Assembly: GCA_031732795.1 (NCBI GenBank)
Contig: JAVMKC010000075.1
Location: forward strand, 347-64,346
DNA: 64,000 nucleotides
Direction: 5' to 3'
From: Accumulibacter sp.
Lineage (GTDB): Bacteria > Pseudomonadota > Gammaproteobacteria > Burkholderiales > Rhodocyclaceae
The notes beneath the pieces are model-generated. The model was not told the DNA's origin. It searched no databases and saw only the letters and a program-made list of their open reading frames with translations. Position numbers and translations under genes: made by a program. The first letter of the stretch is position 1, and each line of letters opens with the position of its first letter. Positions 1 through 9,824 of this stretch are shown piece by piece.

Positions 1-278
1 AAGCAAGTTTCAGTCTACTCGTTGCCCACCCTCTACTATTGATCCGGCCCGATGAAGTTTGACTTCAGAATTTCTTCTGACACAAGCGGGTAGAGAGGCT
101 GGATCATTGCGAGTTCAACTTCGAAATGCGCGAAAGCGTCATGCGGGCCGCGAACGGCGCGACGCGATCCGCCCTCAGCTGTCGATTGAGCAACGTCTGA
201 AACTGGCCGAAAGATGTCCGAATAGACCGATAGTGAACAATGGTCTTTTTTCGGGAGTAGCGTAGAGAAAGTTTGCGG

Positions 279-307
279 CAGGGGCGGCGAGTGTTCCGTC
301 GCCCCTG
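279..307 (-). terminator. GC-rich hairpin just downstream of pfp, possible terminator
   Basis: CAGGGGCGGCG-N7-CGTCGCCCCTG, 11-bp arms with one mismatch, 30 nt past the pfp stop; U-tract is weak. Confidence 0.4.
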
Positions 308-336
308 TCGTAGAGTGTCGCAGAGTTGAAAACCGA

Positions 337-2046
337 TCAACCGATGGTGAACATCAGTGAAGTGGCGCCAGAATTGAGCGCCACGCTGATCGGTAATTGA
401 TGCGTCGTCGGTCCCCAGAACTGGCGCGGGCCTGGTGAAGCAAACAGGTCGCTGGCGGCCCACGCTTCACGGCGCGAAACGAAGTACTGCATGGCCGGCG
501 AATCCATCTTCACCAGAGCTTTTTCGATGACGAATTCGTCTTTGCCGTGCCGGCGTTCGATATTCAGCAAACCGGCCAGGGGAATCGCTTGCGGCGTTCC
601 GCCAGAGGTCAGGCCGGTGACCGTGGCCATGTAGCCTGTCCGGCCGTCGAGAATCAGCGAACCGGCGGTCAGACCGAGGTTGTAGGTATAAGCTGCGTCG
701 AACAGCGTCGGCGCGCCGCAGCGGCCTTCGTAGCCGAGGAAGTGACTGTGCGCGGCGAACGGAACCTTGGGATCGATCTCCTTGACCCGTTGCTTGGTCA
801 TATCGATCAGCAATTGTTCGGTGGGGATCAGCGAAACCTGCAGATTGCCGTGCGAATCACGGTCGGCCAGCAGCATATTGACGATGTAGTGCGGCAGCGA
901 CTCGAGCAGGGCGGCGTTGTCAGCGCTCAGCTTACTGCCGATGAAGGTGGCTTTTGCGTCGTTGTCGGTCAGCTCGGCAAACGCCGCTGCGTGATGCGCC
1001 AGTGCGTCGTTCAACTCGGCGATCATCGCGTTCATTTCGGGAATGAATTCGATCAGCCCTTCCGGTGCTAACAGCACGCCGTAGTTCATTCCTTGATGCG
1101 AACGGTTGACGACGACTTGCGCAATGTGGTCGATGATGCTGGCCAGCGACTGTTTCTTGGTGGCGATTTCTTCCGAGATCAAGGCGATCGCCGGTTTGGT
1201 CTGCAGCGCCACTTCGAGGGCGACGTGCGACGCCGAACGGCCCATCAGCTTGACGAAATGCCAATACTTCAGCGATGAACTGGTGTCCTGCAGAATGTTG
1301 CCGACCATTTCGCTATAGATGCGGGTGGCGGTATCGAAGCCGAAAGAGATCGACAACAGATCGCCGATTTGCAGGTCGCCGTCGATGGTTTTCGGAACAC
1401 CGATGACTTGTACCCCCGAACCATCGGCTTTGACGCCGGTGAACAACGATTCGGCCAGCACGGCGGCGTTGGTGTTCGAATCGTCACCTCCGACGACGAC
1501 GATGGCGTCGAGATTGTGCTTGATACAGGTTTCGCGGACTTGCGCGAACTGCTCGTCGGATTTGATCTTGGTACGGTCCGAGCCAAGAAAATCGAAGCCG
1601 CCGGTGTTGATGATGAAATCGACGTTTTGATCGGTGATTTCAAACAGACTACCTTTAAGCAACCCTTTCGGGCCTGCTTTGACGCCGAACAGGGTATTGC
1701 CGGCACCGAGAATCCGTTTCAATCCGCATACCACGTTATGACCGCCCGCAGCCGGACCACCGGAGAACAGGACGGCGACCCGCTTGCCTTGGGATGGGCG
1801 GTTGTTGGTGCCTGATGAACTGAGTACCAGATTGCCGGAGGCGGCGACAGACTGCGGAAATTGCTGTTGCACGGCGGCGCTGTCCTTGGTGCTCAAGACG
1901 CGGCCGGAGTTTTGGAAACTGACTGGCTGTGGTTGATTCGTGGCGCCAAACGCGGCGCAGACGGGGAGCGGAAGTCGGCGGACAGCGGTTTCGAAAATCG
2001 ATCGATGCGCTTCTGTTTGGACGAGTTGTTCGGCCAGGGTGCTCAT
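337..2046 (-). CDS. pfp: Pyrophosphate-dependent 6-phosphofructokinase, long (~560 aa) type
   Basis: 569 aa; PFK motifs SGGPAAGGHNV, GGDDSNTN, PKTIDGD, MGR. Asp in GGDD and Lys in PKTID are the residues that specify PPi rather than ATP. Length matches the long clade. SD-like GAGGA before the ATG. Confidence 0.93.
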   Translation of the reverse strand: MSTLAEQLVQTEAHRSIFETAVRRLPLPVCAAFGATNQPQPVSFQNSGRVLSTKDSAAVQQQFPQSVAASGNLVLSSSGTNNRPSQGKRVAVLFSGGPAAGGHNVVCGLKRILGAGNTLFGVKAGPKGLLKGSLFEITDQNVDFIINTGGFDFLGSDRTKIKSDEQFAQVRETCIKHNLDAIVVVGGDDSNTNAAVLAESLFTGVKADGSGVQVIGVPKTIDGDLQIGDLLSISFGFDTATRIYSEMVGNILQDTSSSLKYWHFVKLMGRSASHVALEVALQTKPAIALISEEIATKKQSLASIIDHIAQVVVNRSHQGMNYGVLLAPEGLIEFIPEMNAMIAELNDALAHHAAAFAELTDNDAKATFIGSKLSADNAALLESLPHYIVNMLLADRDSHGNLQVSLIPTEQLLIDMTKQRVKEIDPKVPFAAHSHFLGYEGRCGAPTLFDAAYTYNLGLTAGSLILDGRTGYMATVTGLTSGGTPQAIPLAGLLNIERRHGKDEFVIEKALVKMDSPAMQYFVSRREAWAASDLFASPGPRQFWGPTTHQLPISVALNSGATSLMFTIG

Positions 2047-2096
2047 TTAATTGATCCTCTTCAGACGGAATGGAGAATGGCGATTGATGTGATGGC

Positions 2097-2118
2097 TATG
2101 GTCTGGATATGGTCTGGA
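2097..2118. repeat. Perfect 11-bp tandem direct repeat upstream of pfp
   Basis: TATGGTCTGGA x2 (2097-2107, 2108-2118). Confidence 0.8.
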
Positions 2119-2150
2119 AACGGCGGTGTCGCTTGTTTTCGGGTTAACGC

Positions 2151-2182
2151 AAAAAAGGCCGGCCCGGACGGGCCAGCCCTTT
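2151..2182 (-). terminator. Intrinsic terminator after fbaA
   Basis: Minus strand GGCTGGCCC-GTCC-GGGCCGGCC followed by TTTTTT. Confidence 0.75.
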
Positions 2183-2200
2183 GGCGATTGTCGGACTGCT

Positions 2201-3274
2201 TTAGCCCAGCGTCCCGATGTTGTTGAGGTCGGCGAACGCCTGCTTGAGTCGGGCCCGGAATGCGTCTTCACCTTTGCGCAGCCAGGCGCGCGGATCGTAA
2301 TACTTCTTGTTCGGCTTGTCGTCGCCTTCGGGGTTGCCGATCTGACCTTGCAGATAACCTTCGTTCTTCTTGTAGAAACCCATCACGCCGTCCCAGAAGG
2401 CCCATTGCAGGTCGGTGTCGATATTCATCTTCACCACCCCGTAGGAGATCGCTTCGCGAATTTCTTCGAGCGTCGAGCCGGAACCGCCGTGGAAGACGAA
2501 ATTGACCGGACGTTCGCCGGTGGCGAATTTGCGCTGAATGTAATCCTGCGAGTTTTTGAGGATGATCGGCTGCAATTTGACGTTGCCCGGCTTGTAGACG
2601 CCATGCACGTTGCCGAAAGAGGCGGCGATGGTAAAGCGGTTGCTGACCTGCGACAGTTGCTCGTAAGCCAGAGCGACGTCTTCCGGCTGGGTGTAGAGCT
2701 TGGAGCTGTCGACTCCGGTGTTATCAACCCCGTCTTCCTCACCGCCGGTGACGCCGAGCTCGATTTCGAGGGTCATCCCCATCTTGTTCATCCGCTCGAG
2801 GTAGCGCTTGCAGATTTCGATGTTTTCGCTGATCGGTTCTTCGGACAGATCGAGCATGTGCGAACTGTAAAGCGGCTTGCCGTGCACCTTGTAATAGGCT
2901 TCACCGGCATCCAGCAGCCCGTCGATCCAGGGCAGAAGTTTCTTGGCCGCGTGGTCGGTGTGGGTGACCACCGTGGCACCATACATTTCGGCCAGCATAT
3001 GGATGTGTTTGGCACCCGAAACGGCGCCGGCGACACAAGCGCGCTGGTTGGCGTTGTCGAGTCCCTTGCCGGCAAAAAACTGCGCTCCGCCGTTCGAGAA
3101 CTGGATGATTGCCGGTGCGTTGAGTTCCTTGGCGGTTTCGATGACCGAGTTCACCGTGCTGGTGTTGATCACATTGACTGCCGGCAAGGCGAACTGCTTG
3201 GCTTTGGCGAGATCGAAAATGGCTTGCAACTGGTCGCCGGAGGCGACACCGGGGTTGATTTGTGCTGCGCTCAT
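2201..3274 (-). CDS. fbaA: Class II fructose-bisphosphate aldolase, type A (E. coli FbaA-like)
   Basis: 357 aa; motifs FALPAVNV, IIQFSNGGA, HTDH, SSHMLDLSEE, FGNVHGVYKPG, FHGGSGS, KMNIDTD, PNKKYYDPR. Confidence 0.96.
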   Translation of the reverse strand: MSAAQINPGVASGDQLQAIFDLAKAKQFALPAVNVINTSTVNSVIETAKELNAPAIIQFSNGGAQFFAGKGLDNANQRACVAGAVSGAKHIHMLAEMYGATVVTHTDHAAKKLLPWIDGLLDAGEAYYKVHGKPLYSSHMLDLSEEPISENIEICKRYLERMNKMGMTLEIELGVTGGEEDGVDNTGVDSSKLYTQPEDVALAYEQLSQVSNRFTIAASFGNVHGVYKPGNVKLQPIILKNSQDYIQRKFATGERPVNFVFHGGSGSTLEEIREAISYGVVKMNIDTDLQWAFWDGVMGFYKKNEGYLQGQIGNPEGDDKPNKKYYDPRAWLRKGEDAFRARLKQAFADLNNIGTLG

Positions 3275-3394
3275 GGTGGATTTTCCAAGGTCGGTTGATG
3301 AAAGGGGAAGGAGGCCAACAAAGCCTGAAGGACGTGCAATGGAATGGACGATTCAATGTCGAAATACGGGCGACTTGCGCAAGGATTGACCGGT

Positions 3395-3406
3395 GAACGG
3401 GTTCAA
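3395..3406. promoter_or_regulatory. Putative LacI/Cra-type operator, promoter-proximal copy
   Basis: TGAACGGGTTCA, a palindrome with one mismatch, just downstream of the predicted fbaA -10. Confidence 0.55.
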
Positions 3407-3414
3407 TGGCTCGC

Positions 3415-3443
3415 AGTATCTTCGTCAGGAGTCGGCTCGTCAA
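3415..3443 (-). promoter_or_regulatory. Putative sigma70 promoter of fbaA
   Basis: Minus strand TTGACG-N17-GATACT. Confidence 0.55.
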
Positions 3444-3487
3444 GGGTCGATGCCGGCTTGGAAAAAGTTCAGATCACCTTGATTGCA

Positions 3488-3499
3488 TGAACCGGTTCA
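3488..3499. promoter_or_regulatory. Putative LacI/Cra-type operator, upstream copy
   Basis: Perfect palindrome TGAACCGGTTCA with the AAnCGnTT core typical of LacI-family operators. Confidence 0.55.
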
Positions 3500-3607
3500 A
3501 GGATGCGCAAGACGAGCGAAATCGTCTTCGAAGTTGCGAATATTGTTTGTTTTTACAGCAAATGAACGGATCTGACGATGCCGTGACGAGCCGGATTTGT
3601 GCGGTGA

Positions 3608-3925
3608 TCAGCGCTGTGCCCGGGGAGGGCAGGCCTCTGGATTGCCGCCGCAGCAATTCTCGGTGAGATAAGCGATCATCGCGTCGATCTGGCTCAACTC
3701 GGCACGGCAGCGGACATAGCGTCCTTCCTGCACGGTTTGAACCAAGCCGGCGTGCGCCAGGGTCTTGATGTGGAAAGATAGGGTTGGTGCAGGCAAATCG
3801 AGAGATTCGGCAATGACGCCGACGGTCAATCCGTCTGGGGCGTTTTGCACCAGTAAACGATAGATGGCCAAACGGCTTTCCTGGGCCAAGGCCGCGAGGA
3901 GGGTGACGGCTTGTAGGTGAGTCAT
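3608..3925 (-). CDS. arsR: ArsR/SmtB family transcriptional repressor with a C-terminal CC-x6-C metalloid site
   Basis: 105 aa from ATG 3925 (the 170-aa track ORF has a spurious N-terminus); motifs LAQESRLAIYRLL, LSFHIKTL..AGLV, YLTENCCGG...C. Confidence 0.88.
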   Translation of the reverse strand: MTHLQAVTLLAALAQESRLAIYRLLVQNAPDGLTVGVIAESLDLPAPTLSFHIKTLAHAGLVQTVQEGRYVRCRAELSQIDAMIAYLTENCCGGNPEACPPRAQR

Positions 3926-3932
3926 GCCGCCA

Positions 3933-3961
3933 ACGATACCGAAGTCCCGCCAATCGCGCAA
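3933..3961 (-). promoter_or_regulatory. Putative sigma70 promoter giving a leaderless arsR mRNA
   Basis: Minus strand TTGCGC-N17-TATCGT, 7 nt before the ATG; no Shine-Dalgarno present. Confidence 0.45.
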
Positions 3962-4080
3962 AATATTCATCGCGCTTCTGCTACGCCGCTGCCGGCTGAT
4001 CGTCGAAAACAAACGTTCAGGCGTGTATCCGGCTTGCCTCGTCCTGATTTGGAGTTGGTTTTCAGCGTTCCATGCGGAAT

Positions 4081-4109
4081 AAAAAAGGCACCGCCTTGGC
4101 GGTGCCTTT
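4081..4109 (-). terminator. Intrinsic terminator after eno
   Basis: AAGGCACCGC-CTTG-GCGGTGCCTT stem with a 6-T run on the minus strand. Confidence 0.85.
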
Positions 4110-4132
4110 CGGTGAGCCAAAAGCCGAAACGC

Positions 4133-5539
<1,407 letters not shown>

Positions 5540-5767
5540 CTAACTCCCTGACGGTGTTTGGTGGAAAATGCGCTCTAAGCCATTAAGTGATCATACCCAA
5601 TTCCACCGTCAACCTGCAAATGCTTGTTGGCAGTGAAGACGGTGAGCCAAATTCTGGCGGGATTGCGCGATTCTGGGCATGCTGTAGACGTTATTAATCG
5701 CTTTGATATTCAATTGATTTAGGCTTTGGCAAGCCTCGGCGAGCGTGGTTTGATACCGAGGTGCAAA

Positions 5768-5797
5768 TTGACCAGATAGGAACAAACTGACTATACT
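5768..5797 (+). promoter_or_regulatory. Putative sigma70 promoter facing secG
   Basis: TTGACC-N18-TATACT. Confidence 0.55.
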
Positions 5798-5834
5798 CCC
5801 ACGATTTTGGTGCCCGGAGTTTCGATCTTGTCAA

Positions 5835-5867
5835 GACCGATTTCTGCGATGAAATCGGTTCTTTTTT
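5835..5867 (+). terminator. Terminator-like hairpin about 35 nt after the predicted start site
   Basis: ACCGATTTC-TGCGAT-GAAATCGGT followed by TCTTTTTT. Confidence 0.6.
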
Positions 5868-5889
5868 GTGCCAGAGGAAGTGGACTTGT

Positions 5890-5986
5890 CATGGTTCCGT
5901 GCGGCCATCCGGTCCTTGATACCTCTTGCCAATGGTTCTCAAGTTCGGCGGGGTGTCTAACGATCAGATATATCGGCATTTGCCAA
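5890..5986 (+). pseudogene. tpiA: Eroded 3' remnant of triosephosphate isomerase
   Basis: Pieces in shifting frames read HGSVRPS / PLANGSQV / GGVS / YIGICQ. They match in order the TPI C-terminal motifs YGGSVKP / PDIDGALV / GGAS / FxAIC, and lie directly before secG where tpiA normally sits. Confidence 0.55.
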
Positions 5987-5998
5987 TACAGAGGACTC

Positions 5999-6376
5999 AT
6001 GAATTATATTTTTTCCATAGTGTTGACCCTGCATATCCTGGCAGCGGTTGGCGTCATTGGCTTGGTGCTGGTCCAGCATGGCAAAGGCGCTGACATGGGG
6101 GCGGCGTTTGGTAGCGGCGCGTCGGGCAGTCTGTTCGGTGCGACGGGTTCAGCCAATTTTCTCAGTCGCGCCACGGCGGTGCTGGCCACGGTCTTTTTCA
6201 TCACCAGTCTCAGCTTGGCATATCTGGCTTCCAGCAGGCCACAAACGGCTGGCAGTGTGATGAAGGATGCGGTAAACTCTGTTCCTGCGCCAGTGCAGCC
6301 GACTGGAGCCGATGACAAGAGTGTTGGTGCGCCAACTTCGAATCCCGACTCCAAGGCCAAAGATATTCCAAAATGA
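5999..6376 (+). CDS. secG: Preprotein translocase subunit SecG
   Basis: 125 aa from ATG 5999 (SD GAGGA); motif LVQHGKGADMGAAFGSGASGSLFGATGSANFLSRAT. Confidence 0.96.
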   Translation: MNYIFSIVLTLHILAAVGVIGLVLVQHGKGADMGAAFGSGASGSLFGATGSANFLSRATAVLATVFFITSLSLAYLASSRPQTAGSVMKDAVNSVPAPVQPTGADDKSVGAPTSNPDSKAKDIPK

Positions 6377-6439
6377 TTTTTTGAAGTGAACCGGCGAAGG
6401 GAGCAGCGCACCCTCAGTGGCCTGACGCCGTGCAGTATT

Positions 6440-6524
6440 GCCGACGTGGTGAAATTGGTATACACGCTATCTTGAGGGGGTAGTGACTTCGGTCGTATGA
6501 GTTCGAGTCTCATCGTCGGCACCA
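6440..6524 (+). tRNA. tRNA-Leu (anticodon GAG)
   Basis: 85 nt; GCCGACG/CGTCGGC acceptor stem plus ACCA, anticodon arm CTATC-TTGAGGG-GGTAG, long variable arm, GTTCGAGTC T-loop; conserved secG-tRNA-Leu-nuoA order. Confidence 0.96.
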
Positions 6525-6604
6525 GGTGGAATCATCCAATTCGGGTTTGCTGCGGGTGGTTGCTATTTTGTGCGGTCTGATATGAAGCGCTAATGGGGCA
6601 GGTC

Positions 6605-6979
6605 ATGCTGGAAACTTATTTCCCGGTCTTCGTCTTCATTCTCGTCGGGGTGGCGTTCGGTTTTGCGCCAGTGATCACTGGCATGATCGTCGCTCCGCAT
6701 CGCCCGGATAGCGAAAAGCTTTCTCCCTACGAGTGCGGGTTCGAGGCGTTCGAAGATGCGCGGATGAAGTTCGATGTGCGCTATTACCTGATTGCCATTA
6801 TCTTCATTCTGTTTGATCTCGAAGTGGCTTTCCTGTTGCCGTGGGCAACGATCTTCAAGGAAATAGTCAATACCGAGTCGGTGCGTTGGTTTGGTTTTCT
6901 CGAGATGTTGGTGTTCATTACCATTCTGGTGGTTGGATACGTGTATGCCTGGGCCAAGGGCGCCCTTGATTGGGAGTGA
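6605..6979 (+). CDS. nuoA: NADH-quinone oxidoreductase subunit A
   Basis: Motifs [30 protein letters not shown]; start could be 6593 or 6605. Confidence 0.96.
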   Translation: MLETYFPVFVFILVGVAFGFAPVITGMIVAPHRPDSEKLSPYECGFEAFEDARMKFDVRYYLIAIIFILFDLEVAFLLPWATIFKEIVNTESVRWFGFLEMLVFITILVVGYVYAWAKGALDWE

Positions 6980-6982
6980 GCG

Positions 6983-7459
6983 ATGGGTATCGAAGGCATT
7001 CTCCAGGAAGGTTTCATCACAACCACCGCAGACAAGCTGATCAATTATGTTCGGACGGGCTCCTTGTGGCCAATGAGTTTCGGTTTGGCTTGTTGTGCCA
7101 TCGAAATGATTCATGCGGGTTGTTCGCGTTACGATCTCGACCGTTTCGGCATCGTTTTTCGCCCAAGTCCTCGCCAGTCTGATGTCATGGTTGTTGCCGG
7201 TACGTTGACCAATAAAATGGCTCCGGCAATGCGCAAGGTTTATGACCAGATGGCCGAGCCGCGGTGGGTGGTTTCAATGGGCTCCTGTGCCAATGGCGGG
7301 GGTTATTACCACTATTCCTATTCAGTGGTTCGGGGTTGCGATCGGATTGTTCCTGTTGATATTTACGTTCCCGGTTGTCCGCCGACTGCCGAAGCTTTGA
7401 TCTACGGCCTGATTCAATTGCAAAACAAGATTCGCCGTACCAATACCATCGCCCGCTGA
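6983..7459 (+). CDS. nuoB: NADH-quinone oxidoreductase subunit B
   Basis: Motifs [29 protein letters not shown]. Confidence 0.97.
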   Translation: MGIEGILQEGFITTTADKLINYVRTGSLWPMSFGLACCAIEMIHAGCSRYDLDRFGIVFRPSPRQSDVMVVAGTLTNKMAPAMRKVYDQMAEPRWVVSMGSCANGGGYYHYSYSVVRGCDRIVPVDIYVPGCPPTAEALIYGLIQLQNKIRRTNTIAR

Positions 7460-7499
7460 AATACCGCTGAAATACCTCCAAACCGACCGAGAGTGAGCC

Positions 7500-8105
7500 A
7501 TGTCCGCCACGCTGGAAGCGCTTAGCCAAAATCTGCACAAGCATCTCGGTGATCGATTGCGGTCCCTGAATGTTGCGCTCGATGAGATAACGATCGAAGT
7601 GGATCCCGCCGATTATCTCTCCGTAATGCAGACCCTGCGCCGCGAGCGCGAATTGGGTTTTGAAGAACTGATCGATCTTTGTGGTGTTGATTACTCTGCC
7701 TATGGCAATGTTCCACGCCAAGGCAAGCGATTTGCAGCTGTCAGCCATCTCCTTTCGATCGCCAACAACTGGCGACTTCGTGTCCGCTGTTTCTGTGACG
7801 ATGATGCCTTTCCGTCGGTGCCATCCGTAACGTCGATTTGGAATGTGGCAGACTGGTTCGAGCGTGAAGCTTTCGACCTGTTCGGCATTGTCTTCCCTGG
7901 CCATCATGATCTGCGGCGAATCTTGACCGACTATGGTTTCATCGGGCATCCGTTCCGCAAAGACTTTCCACTTTCGGGGTACGTCGAGATGCGTTACGAC
8001 CCTGAGCAGCAGCGCGTGGTCTATCAACCGGTGACCATCGAGCCGCGCGAAACTACGCCGAGAATCGTCCGCGAAGCGACTTACGGGAAAGCCGAAAATG
8101 CCTGA
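7500..8105 (+). CDS. nuoC: NADH-quinone oxidoreductase subunit C
   Basis: Motifs [33 protein letters not shown]. Confidence 0.97.
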   Translation: MSATLEALSQNLHKHLGDRLRSLNVALDEITIEVDPADYLSVMQTLRRERELGFEELIDLCGVDYSAYGNVPRQGKRFAAVSHLLSIANNWRLRVRCFCDDDAFPSVPSVTSIWNVADWFEREAFDLFGIVFPGHHDLRRILTDYGFIGHPFRKDFPLSGYVEMRYDPEQQRVVYQPVTIEPRETTPRIVREATYGKAENA

Positions 8106-9351
8106 GTTGCGCAATTTCACGTTGAATTTTGGTCCGCAACACCCGGCGGCGCATGGGGTTCTGCGGATGGTCCTCGAGCTTGATGGTGAGGTGGTCATTC
8201 GTGCCGACCCGCACATCGGCTTGCTCCATCGGGCGACCGAAAAGCTCGCGGAAAGCAAGACCTGGGTTCAGTCGGTTCCTTACATGGACCGTCTCGACTA
8301 CATGTCGATGATGTGCAACGAACATGCCTACTGCATGGCTATTGAAAGGCTGCTCGGGATCGATGTGCCGATCCGGGCTCAATACATCCGAGTGATGTTC
8401 GACGAGATTACCCGCATCCTCAATCACTTGTTGTGGGTGGGTTGTCATGGCCTGGATGTCGGCGCAATGACCATGGTCTTGTACGCTTTCCGTGAGCGCG
8501 AAGACTTGGTCGATGCGTATGAGGCGGTGTCTGGCGCCCGGATGCACGCCGCTTATTATCGGCCTGGGGGGGTCTATCGTGATTTGCCCGATCGCATGGC
8601 TCAATATCGGGAGTCGCAGTGGAAAACCGCCGCACAGATCAAGCCGTTCAATGATCGTCGTAGCGGCAGTCTGCTCGATTTTCTCGATGATTTTGCCGCG
8701 CGCTTTCCTGCGTTGCTCGACGAGTACGAGACCCTGCTGACCGATAACCGAATCTGGAAGCAGCGGCTGGTCAATGTTGGTGTGGTTTCACCGGAGCGTG
8801 CCTTGCAGCGCGGGTTTACTGGGCCGATGTTGCGCGGCTCGGGTATTGCGTGGGATTTGCGCAAGAAGCAGCCTTACGAAGTCTATGATCGTCTTGATTT
8901 TGATATTCCAGTAGGCGTCAACGGGGATTCTTACGACCGTTATCTGGTGCGCATGGAAGAGATGCGTCAATCAAATCGCATCCTTCGGCAGTGCATCGAC
9001 TGGTTGAGGAAAAATCCGGGGCCGGTGATGTCCGACAACCATAAGGTCGCGGCGCCCAGTCGTGAGGCGATGAAGACGAACATGGAAGAGTTGATTCATC
9101 ACTTCAAACTGTGCACCGAAGGCATCCACGTTCCAGAAGGGGAGGTGTATTCGGCGGTCGAGCATCCCAAAGGCGAGTTTGGTATTTACCTGGTATCCGA
9201 CGGTGCCAACAAGCCCTACCGGCTAAAGATTCGTCCGCCAGGATACGTCCATCTGTCGGCGATGAACGAGATGACCTCTGGCCACATGATTGCTGACGTG
9301 GTGACCATCATTGGTTCTCAGGACGTGGTTTTTGGGGAGATTGATCGCTGA
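8098..9351 (+). CDS. nuoD: NADH-quinone oxidoreductase subunit D
   Basis: Motifs [41 protein letters not shown]. Confidence 0.97.
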   Translation: MPELRNFTLNFGPQHPAAHGVLRMVLELDGEVVIRADPHIGLLHRATEKLAESKTWVQSVPYMDRLDYMSMMCNEHAYCMAIERLLGIDVPIRAQYIRVMFDEITRILNHLLWVGCHGLDVGAMTMVLYAFREREDLVDAYEAVSGARMHAAYYRPGGVYRDLPDRMAQYRESQWKTAAQIKPFNDRRSGSLLDFLDDFAARFPALLDEYETLLTDNRIWKQRLVNVGVVSPERALQRGFTGPMLRGSGIAWDLRKKQPYEVYDRLDFDIPVGVNGDSYDRYLVRMEEMRQSNRILRQCIDWLRKNPGPVMSDNHKVAAPSREAMKTNMEELIHHFKLCTEGIHVPEGEVYSAVEHPKGEFGIYLVSDGANKPYRLKIRPPGYVHLSAMNEMTSGHMIADVVTIIGSQDVVFGEIDR

Positions 9352-9824
9352 TGCTCTCTGCAGAATCTATACAGCGAATCGACCGCGAGATTGCCAAATA
9401 TCCCGCTGACCAAAAGCAGTCGGCGGTTATGGCAGCACTGGCGATTGCTCAGGAAGAAAAAGGCTGGCTGCCGAGCGAAGCCATCGAATTCGTCGCCAAC
9501 TATTTGGGGATGCCGCCGATTGCGGCGTATGAAGTGGCCACCTTCTACAACATGTACGACCTTCACCCAGTTGGAAAATACAAGGTGACGGTATGCACCA
9601 ATTTGCCGTGCATGCTTTCCGGTGGGGTCGATGCAGGCGAGTATTTGAAGAAAAAATTGGGGATTGGCTACAACGAGACTACTGCCGATGGCTTGATCAC
9701 CCTCAAGGAAGGTGAGTGCATGGGGGCGTGTGGTGACGCGCCAGTGATGATCGTCAACAATCGCCGGATGTGTAGTTGGATGAATCCCGAGCAAATCGAC
9801 AAACTGTTGGCGGAGCTCAAGTAA
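9351..9824 (+). CDS. nuoE: NADH-quinone oxidoreductase subunit E
   Basis: Motif VATFYNMY; 2Fe-2S cysteines CTNLPC and ECMGAC. Confidence 0.97.
   Translation: MLSAESIQRIDREIAKYPADQKQSAVMAALAIAQEEKGWLPSEAIEFVANYLGMPPIAAYEVATFYNMYDLHPVGKYKVTVCTNLPCMLSGGVDAGEYLKKKLGIGYNETTADGLITLKEGECMGACGDAPVMIVNNRRMCSWMNPEQIDKLLAELK

Noticed and set aside
1-265. 68-aa ORF (59..265) and window-edge sequence
   Set aside because: No SD, no recognisable motif, and no context visible; cannot be supported as a gene.
2126-3298. 390-aa plus-strand ORF opposite fbaA; similar long ORFs at 7185..8258, 23714..24379, 39351..40082 and 48479..49579
   Set aside because: Antisense shadows of well-conserved genes, expected from GC-biased codon usage; no motifs of their own.
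3926-4120. 65-aa N-terminal extension of ArsR given by the ORF track
   Set aside because: It runs through the eno terminator and the arsR promoter; the ArsR fold starts at ATG 3925.
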